Shown here in pieces: positions 53,152-64,000 of a DNA stretch of 64,000 nt (positions are counted from its first letter, which is position 1; every line of letters starts with the position of its first letter). The notes beneath the pieces were generated by a model. The model searched no databases, was not told the origin of the DNA, and saw nothing but the letters and a program-made list of their open reading frames with translations. The translations under genes were made by a program, and so were the position numbers. This DNA is from Octopus vulgaris (taxonomy: Eukaryota): contig OX597819.1 in assembly GCA_951406725.2 (NCBI GenBank), positions 76,074,001-76,138,000 of the forward strand, written 5' to 3'.

Positions 53152-53210
<59 letters not shown>

Positions 53211-53879
53211 CACATACACTCACATTCACACACATATCTCAAACGCACATGCATACACACACACGCACAAAATCACATATACACACATACAGCAAGTTAT
53301 CCATTTATTCAATTCAGTACCAAATACGTTCCCTTTTCAATAAATCTACATATATAGGTGTGCACACAAATACACACACATACACACACAAACATACAGA
53401 CATACATACACAGACATGCACACACACACACACTCACACATACACATACGCAAAGGCAAATATACAAACACGCACAAACAAAAATATACAGAGACAGAAC
53501 GCATAAATTGACATAATTTTTTCCTGAAAATATCCCTCCTTCATCTTTCATCTTATTACTAAAAATGTCAGGTAGGAGTGCGGAGTGTAACAGCTGCGAC
53601 CATTACTCACTAGAACCCCATTCTAGTAATATAAGCGTACAGTTTCACTTTGCTTATAATAAATATATCCCAGTGCTATGATTACAATATTCATGAGTTA
53701 TCTAATACATTGATGTGAACTACTGAGAAATTTAGGTTTTATGGGCATCAGTAACAGTACCATTATTTTGGTTTATGGTTATATGAGAGTGATGATGTCA
53801 CATACCTGATATTTATCGTGAGGGAAGGGCGTAGTCTGGTATAATATCATCTAATTTGATGCCGTTGCTTAGATGTCAC

Positions 53880-54700
53880 TTAAGTCTTTCAAACAATCCC
53901 TCTCCACGACACAACATAATAGAAACTAAGCGATGTTTAAAAGGAAGAAAGCAGGTGGATGCTCTAAAATAACAAAGGAATCACAAAAAATTAACATTTG
54001 TAGACGATAAATCAAATTTCTCTTAACTAGAAGAAGCCATAAAAGTATGCATGCACAACCAACAACATAAAGAGCTTACTGTTTGAATAAAGATGATAAT
54101 GTGCAAGGTAAGATGATTGACAGAAAAGAAGACTTATACTGGCAGATGAGTACGCTGGATCTTATTGGTGCTTACTTTTGTTTCATGAAAGAAGAGTAAT
54201 GGCTATGATTGCATTGAAGATGCCTGAAGAATATGAAGGGACTTAAACTCGGACTTTCGCAAATATGTGATGAAGGAAACTACGAACTCAGACAAAAAGA
54301 CAACAATGTACTGTCCTTAAAGTACGAAGTACAGCTGAACAAAATTATTGAAAATAAAAACAACTAGAAATGAGAAAACAACCTACTGTACTTGGCCATG
54401 TGTGTAGGCTGTACAAATCTCCCACCTTAATAATCATTAAACCAAAAACACAGGCCTAAAAATAGGAACCCCTCAGGCTTTTGGTAGACGGAGGTAGTGT
54501 GAAAATATGATTGGTGGAGAAATTTTGTTTATGACGTCTACGTGGTCCGCAAATCAAGAGGAATAGAGGGAAACATTTTGAGCGACTGAAAACTAAAGGA
54601 GCAGTTATTTCCGCGAACGACTAAAATTTGCAGTTATTAAGATATTCAAATGTTTTAGTCAAGTATCGTGGAATAAGCTGCCTATAATGTCATCATAGGC
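53880..54700 (+). mobile_element. Possible very old LINE RT relic
   Basis: A-rich strand; weak PSPRHNI / LTFVDD resemblance to the RT motifs LSP..FNI / FADD. Confidence 0.3.
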
Positions 54701-55424
54701 AGCTGGGAAAACAGAAGTATTAAAAAATTTGGCATAAGTAATGCAATGAATGGTACAGAAATGAAATTAGTTATGAATATAGGAATGGTCTAGAAGGCTA
54801 CAGCAATAGTAATATAGCTTAAATGATACCATTAATTGATTTGTTAATATACATTATATTATACTAAATACACAGAAACATAGCACAAGTCTTCTGCAGT
54901 CTGTAACACTCTTCAGAAACTCATATCATATTAAAAATTAATCTTCAAGTAGAGCGAAATTACTGGCATTTTATCTCATACAAATTATTTTGTATATAAT
55001 GGAGTCGTGACCGCACCGCTGACTTCTGTTGCACAGAGTGCTGATTAATGGGGTTCAGAGGGCATTGGAAATATCTCTGAAATTCCACCATTGGTGATTG
55101 GAATGTGAGCAAGCATTCCAGACAAAACCTACTATATGCAGTAGATATAATAGGTTTTGTTAATGCACATATATCTTGTTCTAAATTAAGCATATTTACA
55201 AAAATAAAACTTTGATAATACGTTATTAAATGACCCAATTTTTTTCAAAATACTCTTTGATAATTATAGGGCGCATCTTATCATTCGGTAATAACAGTGA
55301 AACTAGTTATTAACAAGAAAATGCAGGACGTATAGATACACACACACATACACACACATATATATATATATACATACGTACATAGATATATACATAGGTA
55401 CATACATGCATGTATATTATCATC

Positions 55425-55478
<54 letters not shown>

Positions 55479-55537
55479 ATTAAAAAATAGGATAAAATCT
55501 TTATAAGGTTTTATCAAGTAGTTAGCGTGAAAATGCC

Positions 55538-55630
<93 letters not shown>

Positions 55631-57185
55631 CATCTGCATTACCAGTACCACCACCAGTACCAGCACTACGACCACCACCATGACCACGACTACAAGATTC
55701 TTTATGTGAGTTCGTGTGTTGAAGCATATTTTGTTGTGGCTGGGAAGAATCATTTTCTTTTAGTGCCTTGTTATTAAACACACTCACTGGTAAAGTTTCT
55801 ACTCATTTACGTATTTATTTTTCCTAAAAGTTTCGTTGCGTCCTGCAACCTTTTCAGTAGTCGTTGGCTCTGTTCGTTATCCGAGCTACGTTCTTTTTGT
55901 TTGTTTGTATGCGTGTGTGTGGGTAAGTATGTGTGCGCATACACATGTATGTATGCATGTATGTATGTATGTATGTATGTATATATATACCCATGCATGT
56001 GTCTGTATGCATGTATGTATGTGTGTGGGCGGTTATGTATGTATGTACGTTTGTATGTATGTATTTTGCATATACATCTGTTTGTGTGTTTTTTGTGTGA
56101 TTGTGTGTATATGTGGGCTTGTCCATATTACCTATGTACCTATCCGTCTGTGTTTCTATCTGTTTACATTGAATGTCTCTCTGTTTACAATGCATACTGA
56201 AACACATGGCCATATACGCACACACTCTTTACTTCACACAAGGACACATATGGAAACGCACATACATACATACAGACAGGCACGGTACATATTCACAAAC
56301 ACCCATACACACACAGACGCGTACACACTCAGACATCCACACAAAAGAAGACAGAGGTTCACACACATGCAAACACACACACACACCACGCACACACATA
56401 TACAAACACACAAATACATGAATATGCAGAATACATACATACAAACGTACATTCATACATATATACATACACAGACACACATAGATACCTGCATACACCG
56501 TGATACCGAGAAAAACTAGTAGGCATTTATATGTAGTTCAATATAGTGGATTTGTAATATTTCAGATTTTCCTTAAGTTAATCAGTATTTCACTCACATT
56601 CATCCCCAAGAAAAGTGAGGAAGAAAAAGATAGACTCATCTAATCATCCGTTTAACCCAATCTTTTAAAAAATTCTTGAAAATGGAGCACTTCCCAACTA
56701 AAAATCAGTACGGCAATATTTTTAATGTATATAACGTAACTTTGAATTACTTAACGCCATCGCTTTGAACATCACAGGACAAGTACAAAAACAAAACTTT
56801 CGGAAGACTTTTACAAACAACAAAATCAAGCCACCTTTCCACTGAGAGGCTTCTGTCTTCCCAAGGCACGTGTCTATAAGGCGAAGCCCTCGCCACATGG
56901 TGATACCTGGAGGTATTATTCATATCTTAGAGCCAATAACTTCAAGTGTATTTTATATAAGTAAATGAAATGAGGGGAAAGGAAAATTCCAATTTACTGT
57001 CCCGTTTAATCTCCAGGACTAGAGAAATGCCATGCTAAGTATGACTCAGAGTATTCTGTTTGAATATTCTCGGGTGCGCAATTGTAGTCGTCTGTTTGAG
57101 AAAATATACATATTGTAAAAACCTTTCAATGCCTGTTAATAAGAAAACTGAAATGTTATAGTGCTGAAACTATTGAAGTTTTCTG

Positions 57186-57345
57186 TTAGTTTATTTAATG
57201 GTGATAGCTATTAATATCACCGTATTAGTTTATTTAACGGTGACAGCTATTAATATCGTCCCATAAACGTGGAATCTATAACGGAAATAAGAGAGATTAA
57301 TTCGGAAATAAAAAAGATTAATTCGGAAATAAGAGAAATTAATTT
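57186..57345. repeat. Short tandem duplications (~38-bp x2; 21-bp cggaaataagagagattaatt x3)
   Basis: Direct reading. Confidence 0.8.
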
Positions 57346-58095
57346 ATCCATTATAACAATTTTTTTCTCTGCGCTACCGATAGTCTTCGAGCTGCTATGT
57401 TCACCATATGACCCAAAATAACCGATAACAATAAGCTTAAATTATCCAATTATCTAAAAGTCTCGATTACCTCATCACTACTACTGAAGCTTTAAGGAAA
57501 ATCAGGACCTTATTATCGGCGGCCAAACTCACGGTAACGCGGTTAAGAAACAAACTGTCAGCAAAAAAAAATCAAAGGCCAAAGAGAGTAGTATTGGTTT
57601 GCGTTGACAAGAATTATAGATTTCAGTAACATTGATAAAAGGAGAGCAGTGAATTTGCAGTGGAAAGTGGAAATCTGATGTTTCGGACAACGTCTTTCTT
57701 CAGGAAAATGTTAACAGAAGAAAAACTAATGTGAAGTAGTAAAATTTACATTCTACATGTTGGAAAAAACTGGCTGAAACTGTTATTTAAAATATGTAAA
57801 GTACTAGCCTGATGCTTCATTCGAATGCAGTGGAATATATTACATTCAATGTGATTATCTCACACTCACCATTTCCCTCTCCCTCCCTCATACTGCTTGT
57901 CTTTTCTCACATTCTTACTATCTTACACACGTTTATCACTATTTCTTTGTTTCTCAGGTTTTTGCACTTAGAATTTTGTTTTTTCCATGGTTTCTTTATT
58001 CTTTTTTCTTATTGCAGTAGATATATAGACACATGTACAGCAATTTTTCCTCTGCTAACGCACACATATATAAACACATGAACACACACACACAT

Positions 58096-58127
<32 letters not shown>

Positions 58128-59016
58128 GCAACACACACTCACACACAAAGACGTTAATTATAAGATAATGCGAAAGTCTATATTTTCACTGCATTCACTA
58201 GAAATGGCAGCTAAAAGTTTCTTACATTGCATTATACAGTCGTAACGCGTAAAAAAAGGTGGAAGACGGAAATTAATTGAATGTATACACACACACACTC
58301 ACACACACATATATATATACATACACAAATACATACATACAAATATATATGTGTGTGTGTGCGTATGTGTATACTTGAGACTCTCTAACAACAACTACAA
58401 CAATAAAGACGATGAAGACAATGTAACAATATCGAAATCAACAGTAGCAGCAACAAAAAAGAGTGGCAAACACCTACACACAACTCACATTTTCACCTAT
58501 AGTCGCTAATAAACGCGTCCATTTTTGTCCTATATTTCCTTACTATCAATCTCACATCACTAAACATAACGAAATAGTGACTAAAGTAAATAGAAATAAA
58601 TAGAAAAATAGATGGAGAAATATAATATAAATACTCGAAATCATACTTGCAAATTACAAGAACAAACACGCAACGTATACACAAGTAAGAACAAAACGCC
58701 AAAAAAGCATTTTCATAAGGAAGTAATATTTATATGAAAAAACGTTTATACCCTTATTGCTGTTAATGTAAATGCTGTGGGTTGTAATGGAAATCCTTGT
58801 AGGCGTTATTGGTGAAAAAATTCTAGTTTGAAATTTTTGTAAGCAGTAGTAAAACATAATCATGAATACACAGAATGCCCAAACATACATACACACTCAA
58901 ACATACATACATGTATGTTATACATAGCGAATACTAAACAAATACTACCAGCCCTGCATCATATATATATATATTCCTCAGCGTTATACTTTTTCTATTC
59001 CTGAGCGTTATACTCT

Positions 59017-59053
<37 letters not shown>

Positions 59054-59114
59054 TTACAGAAAACAAAAGATGAAGACAGGTATATTAGTTTGACGCTCGG
59101 GAAGGAGAGAAAGT

Positions 59115-59150
59115 CTTTTACGTTTCGAGTCTACGCTCTTCAACAGAAAG
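59115..59150 (-). ncRNA. Minimal hammerhead variant (CUGUUGA core) in a (TA)n-abutting element (59049-59155)
   Basis: cttt-CTGTTGA-a-gagc gtag actc-GAAAC-GTA-aaag; the downstream part (ttcccgagcgtc.aa.taata) is also seen at ~34455-34480. Confidence 0.55.
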
Positions 59151-60159
59151 GAATTTCAGATAGAAGTAGGTCCGAAGTGAAGGAGGTTAACCCGGTATTA
59201 AATTGCCGTTAATAAGATATCTGTTTATATTCATGAAACATCTTTCGTCAAATTTCGACATTTTTCAAAAATCTTAAATATATATTAATGGGTAGGACCA
59301 ATTTGACGAAAAAATGAGCAGGGTCTGGTAGCAATCCCGTGTGGTAATCATTTATGTGCATGTGCGTAAAATAGCGAAAGTTTACACTTTGGGGCAGATT
59401 TTGTGAAATTGACGTCTAGCGTGCAAAATGCCTAAATTTTACTTGAGAAATAAAATGCTCTTACATAAAACCTGAAACGCTGTGGAATTAAAACAACGAA
59501 TGGAAATAATAAAATTTTGCTAATCAAAACTATTCGTATTGAAATGAAGAATTAGCAAATGCTAAATAGATTACCATTAATAAGCTGTCTATTTAAACCT
59601 AAGAAATAGTTTTCGTCAAATTTCGGCATTTTTCTTCAAATTGATGTCACGATAGCTAGTGCGAAAATGCCGAAATTTTACTGTTCTTGAAAAATCGATT
59701 CTGATTAAAAATCGATTTTTTTAAAAAATTCCAATTACGTAAGTGACCGCATGAACATAAGCCCCACACATGTCAAGATTTATCAAGGTCTGTTGGATAG
59801 ACTCGGAGGTGTTAAAGTAACAAATTCACAAACACCCAAACTTGCCATTTATTATTATAGATATATAATAGCAGAAAGACACCCTCCGGGCGGTTTCGGC
59901 TGGCCCCTTGATAATATTTTCACATGTGATTTCCAATTATAATAATTTTTTATATTTTACGTCTAATTATTTCTTTGTATAATATTGCTCACTTGCTTTG
60001 TAAATATCGTTTTCATTATTTTATCACAGTCATCATCTCTCTTTCAAACAAACATCATGGTAGTCCAACAACAGAGGAAGAAGTAACTTGTTAAGTTTTA
60101 CCTTCCCCTCAAAGCAACGTAGAGATAACAATTCAGCAGCTTTTCTGTAAGCTTTGCAC

Positions 60160-60190
<31 letters not shown>

Positions 60191-60812
60191 CTGTGAGAGA
60201 GAGAGAGAGATTAAGGAGAGAGAACATTGCAAACAATAAATGAAATGAACATGAAATGAAAAATTCGTATAAAAAAGAGCATTACTAGAGATGTATACGC
60301 GCCGAACTTGTTGCCTCAAAACATCCAGAAAAATGGATATTTTTAAACAAAATTTGTCACAAATACCGCTTAGACGCTGTGGCTTCAAAGAGTATAGTGA
60401 TTTATGGGAAAGAATTTTTTTCCGAGGGGATGGAGAGAGGAGTTTTAAAAAATTCATGTGATCTGAAGTTCTCCCCTCATAACTTTCAGGAAAATCGGTA
60501 TCTTTTAATGAAAATGTATATAAATCCCTTTCAAGTGGCATAGATTACGATTTTAAGGAAATTTGTGGGAAATGTTTTGGGGCATTTTTCCCATTCTTTT
60601 TAAAACACAGCCTTTGAAATGATGGGCTCGGTGGCGCATCTTTGTATGACAAAGTTTTGAAAAAATTAAAGAAAAATTGTTAATATTTTCAGAGAAAAAA
60701 TGAGTGATTTTAGGGCGATTTCACTGTTATTTCTAGCACATCGAAAGACAGCCATCCGCGTTTCTTTATCGCACTCGCATGTATTGATGTTTTTCAATAT
60801 TTTCCCCCAGAA

Positions 60813-61220
60813 GGCGGCGAGCTGGCTGAAATGTTAGCTCGCCGGGCGAAATGCTTAGAGGTATTTCGTCTACTGTTACGTTCTAAGTTCAAATTCCGCC
60901 GAGGTCGACTTTGCCTTTCATCCTTTCGGGGTCGATTAAGTACCAGTTACGCACTGGAGTCGATGTAATCGACTTAATCCGTTTGTCTCTCCTTGTTAGT
61001 CCTCTCTGTGTTTAGCCCCTTGTGGGTAGTAAAGAAATAGGTATTTCGTCTGCCGTTACGTTCTGAGTTCAAATTCCGCCGAGGTCGACTTCGCCTTTCA
61101 TCCTTTCGTGGTCAATTAAATAAGTACCAGTTACGCACTAGGGTCGATGTAGCGAACTTAATCCCTTTGTTTGTCCTCTCTGTGTTTAGCCCTCTGTGAG
61201 TAATAAAGAAATAAGTATTT
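60813..61220 (+). mobile_element. SINE family A dimer (tRNA-derived head plus two body units)
   Basis: Head ggcggcgagctggctgaaatgttagc, B box gagttcaaattcc, core gcctttcatcctttcggggtcgat..aagtaccag; unit 2 starts at 61039. Confidence 0.9.
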
Positions 61221-62036
61221 TCCCTCATAAAAACATTTATATGCTACAAATAAGAAAATTTGTGAAATTATGAATTTTTTGCAACCCCAATTCCTGACTT
61301 TGCTATAATATATCACACAAATAAGGACAGCTATGAAAAAAGATCCTGATACCCAACAGAATTTTGGTGGAAATTCAGCAATAAGGTAACTACCTTCTTC
61401 AATAAAAGCAAAATAATGCACAAATGACTAGAGGAAATTTCGAAAATAAAAACTTAGCAACATAAACACAGTTAAGAACTTTGGTGACTGGAAACTCATA
61501 TTTAACCAGTACATATGAGGCATTTAGTAACAGAGTGCAGTAAGCGCCACTCCGGCCATTTTCGAGGCTAGTATATCATTGTCTTTGTCACTACGTCTAG
61601 AATCCGAAAAAGTTGGGAGGGAGAACCACTGAGGCTTGCAATAAGGTCGAAAATCGGGCTGAAAAAAATTATACCTCGACGCTATTGACACGGCACTCAC
61701 TCGCTCGAGGTATTATGACTAATTATCTAATATTCCTCGTTACCACCGTAACGATAATGGGCTGTTATCTTACTATCTTGTCTAACCTCTTAAAGATACC
61801 GTGGTATATTAAAACACAAACAATAACTTTGGGAAGCGGGTGTCTGTGTGCTTTTTCTTGGTATAAAATATCCATTGCGATACACCGTTTCGTAGTATCT
61901 ATATATTCTAGAAAATGAGAAAGGCGCAGTCATTGTTTCATCTCTCAGATGCATACATAAAATAAATAATTTTACATAGATTGAATGTTTAAAGGAGGAG
62001 GTCTTCACGGTCATTTGAAGACCAAAACTAGCTTCC

Positions 62037-62152
62037 TAACTTCATTCCTTGTCGAGTCATCGCATTCTGAAAGTCGCGAAACTTTGACTGCATTTAACTT
62101 CATTCCTTGCCGAGTTATCGCATTCTGAAAGTCGCGAAACTTTGACTGAATT
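62037..62152. repeat. 58-bp tandem duplication
   Basis: taacttcattccttg.cgagt.atcgcattctgaaagtcgcgaaactttgactg x2. Confidence 0.92.
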
Positions 62153-62919
62153 TTTCTCGCTTTTTAAGTTGTGGCACTTATGACGGTCTGTCACTAAACG
62201 CCTCATATGAAACTAAAGCAAGGAATTAGAATTAATAACTAGATCAGATATGGTCTCAAAACCATATATTAATAAGCTGTTTACATTAATATAGATTATT
62301 CTGGCATTTATAATATTCAAACGGCCAATAGCTTACGTGAAAAGGCCATTAGAAACATTTGTATCAGCTATAGGTAAATGGATCACTTAATGAAGACAGC
62401 TAGAAACAAATACGAAAGATTTTAAATCATTTTAGGAACTGAATACCAAAATGCTCTTGGCATTATATATACTGGACAATGTATAAACATAGCAACTTCA
62501 ATACTAATGCAGTATATCAACTGCTCCGTGCAAAAATGGAACAGATCAATAACAAAGAGTGATAACTATGGGTAGCCATATTCCTATAAGAAAATAATTT
62601 TTTCAGGTAAACTACCTTATTTCTAACTTTGTCTCCATTTATATATTGTCTAAGTAGTTGCATTTCACACACACACATACACACACGCACACAGATACCC
62701 GTACACAGACACACGCACACATACGTATGTGTGAAGTAAAGCATAAGCAGGCGGTCGACTATAACATATTCAAGAGAAATGCAAGTATACGTATACGTAA
62801 AGGAATATAGATAGCAGGAATTTAGAAAGAGACCCACACGGATCTTCGTAATAGATGTAGGTAGGTATATTCCATAAAGAAGAAATGAAGATCGGAGTTG
62901 ACAGAAAAGTGGTGCGCAG

Positions 62920-62970
<51 letters not shown>

Positions 62971-63061
62971 CACACTCACTCATACACACTCACACCCACA
63001 CACAAGTATACACACACGCTCACACACACACGCTTACGCACACACATATACGTAGCCCCAG

Positions 63062-63135
63062 TCGTAGCTGCGTGGTAAGAAGTTTGCCTCCCAACCATAT
63101 GGTTCTGTGTTCGATTTCACTGCGTGGCACTTTGC
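63062..63135 (+). mobile_element. SINE family B head fragment
   Basis: gtagctgcgtggtaagaagtttgcctcccaaccatatggttctgtgttcgatttcactgcgtggcac. Confidence 0.7.
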
Positions 63136-63537
63136 ATCACCTTGTGTCTTATGGCTCTAATCCCTGGCAGTGCACCCTACATAGTCATGAAGGATCCACC
63201 ACAAATTCATATTATACACCTTATTACCTTGGGATTATATGACGTAGGATATTCTAGAAACTCTATCAAATAAGCTCTACACAAGGCTGCTGTTGGAGAC
63301 GAATGACCCAGTTAGGCGAATGGAATGGAAAGCCTTTTAAACTCTTCACTTAACCGTTGCTCTCTTTACCTCCAATAATAGAGACTAATCACCATATTTT
63401 CTTCAATAAATGTCATCTAAGAAGAGCGCTGGGTTATATAATCAGGCTGTTATCTAACACTCTCTTGAAACTCTGGTGCGTAACCGATTAGTAAGATCGG
63501 CTGTAAGGAATATATATTATAATGTATATTTCGCTTA

Positions 63538-63618
<81 letters not shown>

Positions 63619-63674
63619 ATCTATCTATCGTGATAGAGGATAAATATGCGCCTAATCGTTTTATATATACGTAT

Positions 63675-63872
63675 TATTTTATTCATTCACGTGTTTCAGT
63701 CATTTTGAGTGCGGCCATGCTAGACCGTTTGTCGAACAAATCAATCCCAGGATTTATTATTTGTAAACCTAGTACTTATTCTATCGGTCTCTTCTGCCGA
63801 ACTGCTATATTTCGGGGACGTAAACACACCAACATCGGTTGTCAAGCAATGGTTGGGGGACAAACACAGACA
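63675..63872 (-). mobile_element. SINE family B 3' part
   Basis: Matches 8583-8780. Confidence 0.8.
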
Positions 63873-64000
63873 CACACATATATACACTTACGATGCCGCA
63901 CGCACACACACACAATCACACAAACACACACATATGTACATTATCTATAATTTTGTGTGCGTGCGTGCGTATACGATTCAAATATTAATTAGCCATTCAT

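Noticed and set aside
57672-57708. Minus-strand CTGAAGA-aagac gtt gtcc-GAAAC-ATC hammerhead-like motif
   Set aside because: No convincing stem I, and stem III is broken; at best a decayed relic.
59170-59760. MITE-like block with repeated cgtcaaatttcg(a/g)cattttt / aaaatgccgaaattt motifs
   Set aside because: Terminal inverted repeats and a TSD could not be delimited.

Overview
AT-rich eukaryotic (metazoan) non-coding DNA, dense in microsatellites. The repeat content (tRNA-derived SINEs, (TA)n/(CA)n/(ATGT)n arrays) resembles a cephalopod (Octopus-like) genome; this is an inference. No host protein-coding exon is recognisable, and nearly all ORFs in the track are microsatellite artefacts. The real coding sequences all derive from transposons: a young 5'-truncated CR1-type LINE with an intact 762-aa RT frame (11.3-13.7 kb), a Neptune-type Penelope-like element (PLE) GIY-YIG end with inverted pseudo-LTRs (4.1-5.3 kb), a second decayed PLE, RTE, R4/Dong and other RLE-LINE relics, mariner/maT relics, a nested hAT(Buster/Charlie)+CR1+Helitron stack, and many SINEs. 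The most notable feature is a set of at least six unrelated sequence families, each carrying a minimal type-I hammerhead ribozyme fold (CUGANGA-stem II-GAAAC-palindrome-GUH). Most abut (TA)n arrays and several are inverted repeats with a one-sided tail. One family is a tRNA-headed (Pol III) SINE-like element that ends in a PLE-type hammerhead and occurs twice as a palindrome. All folds were read by eye; none has been tested computationally or experimentally.
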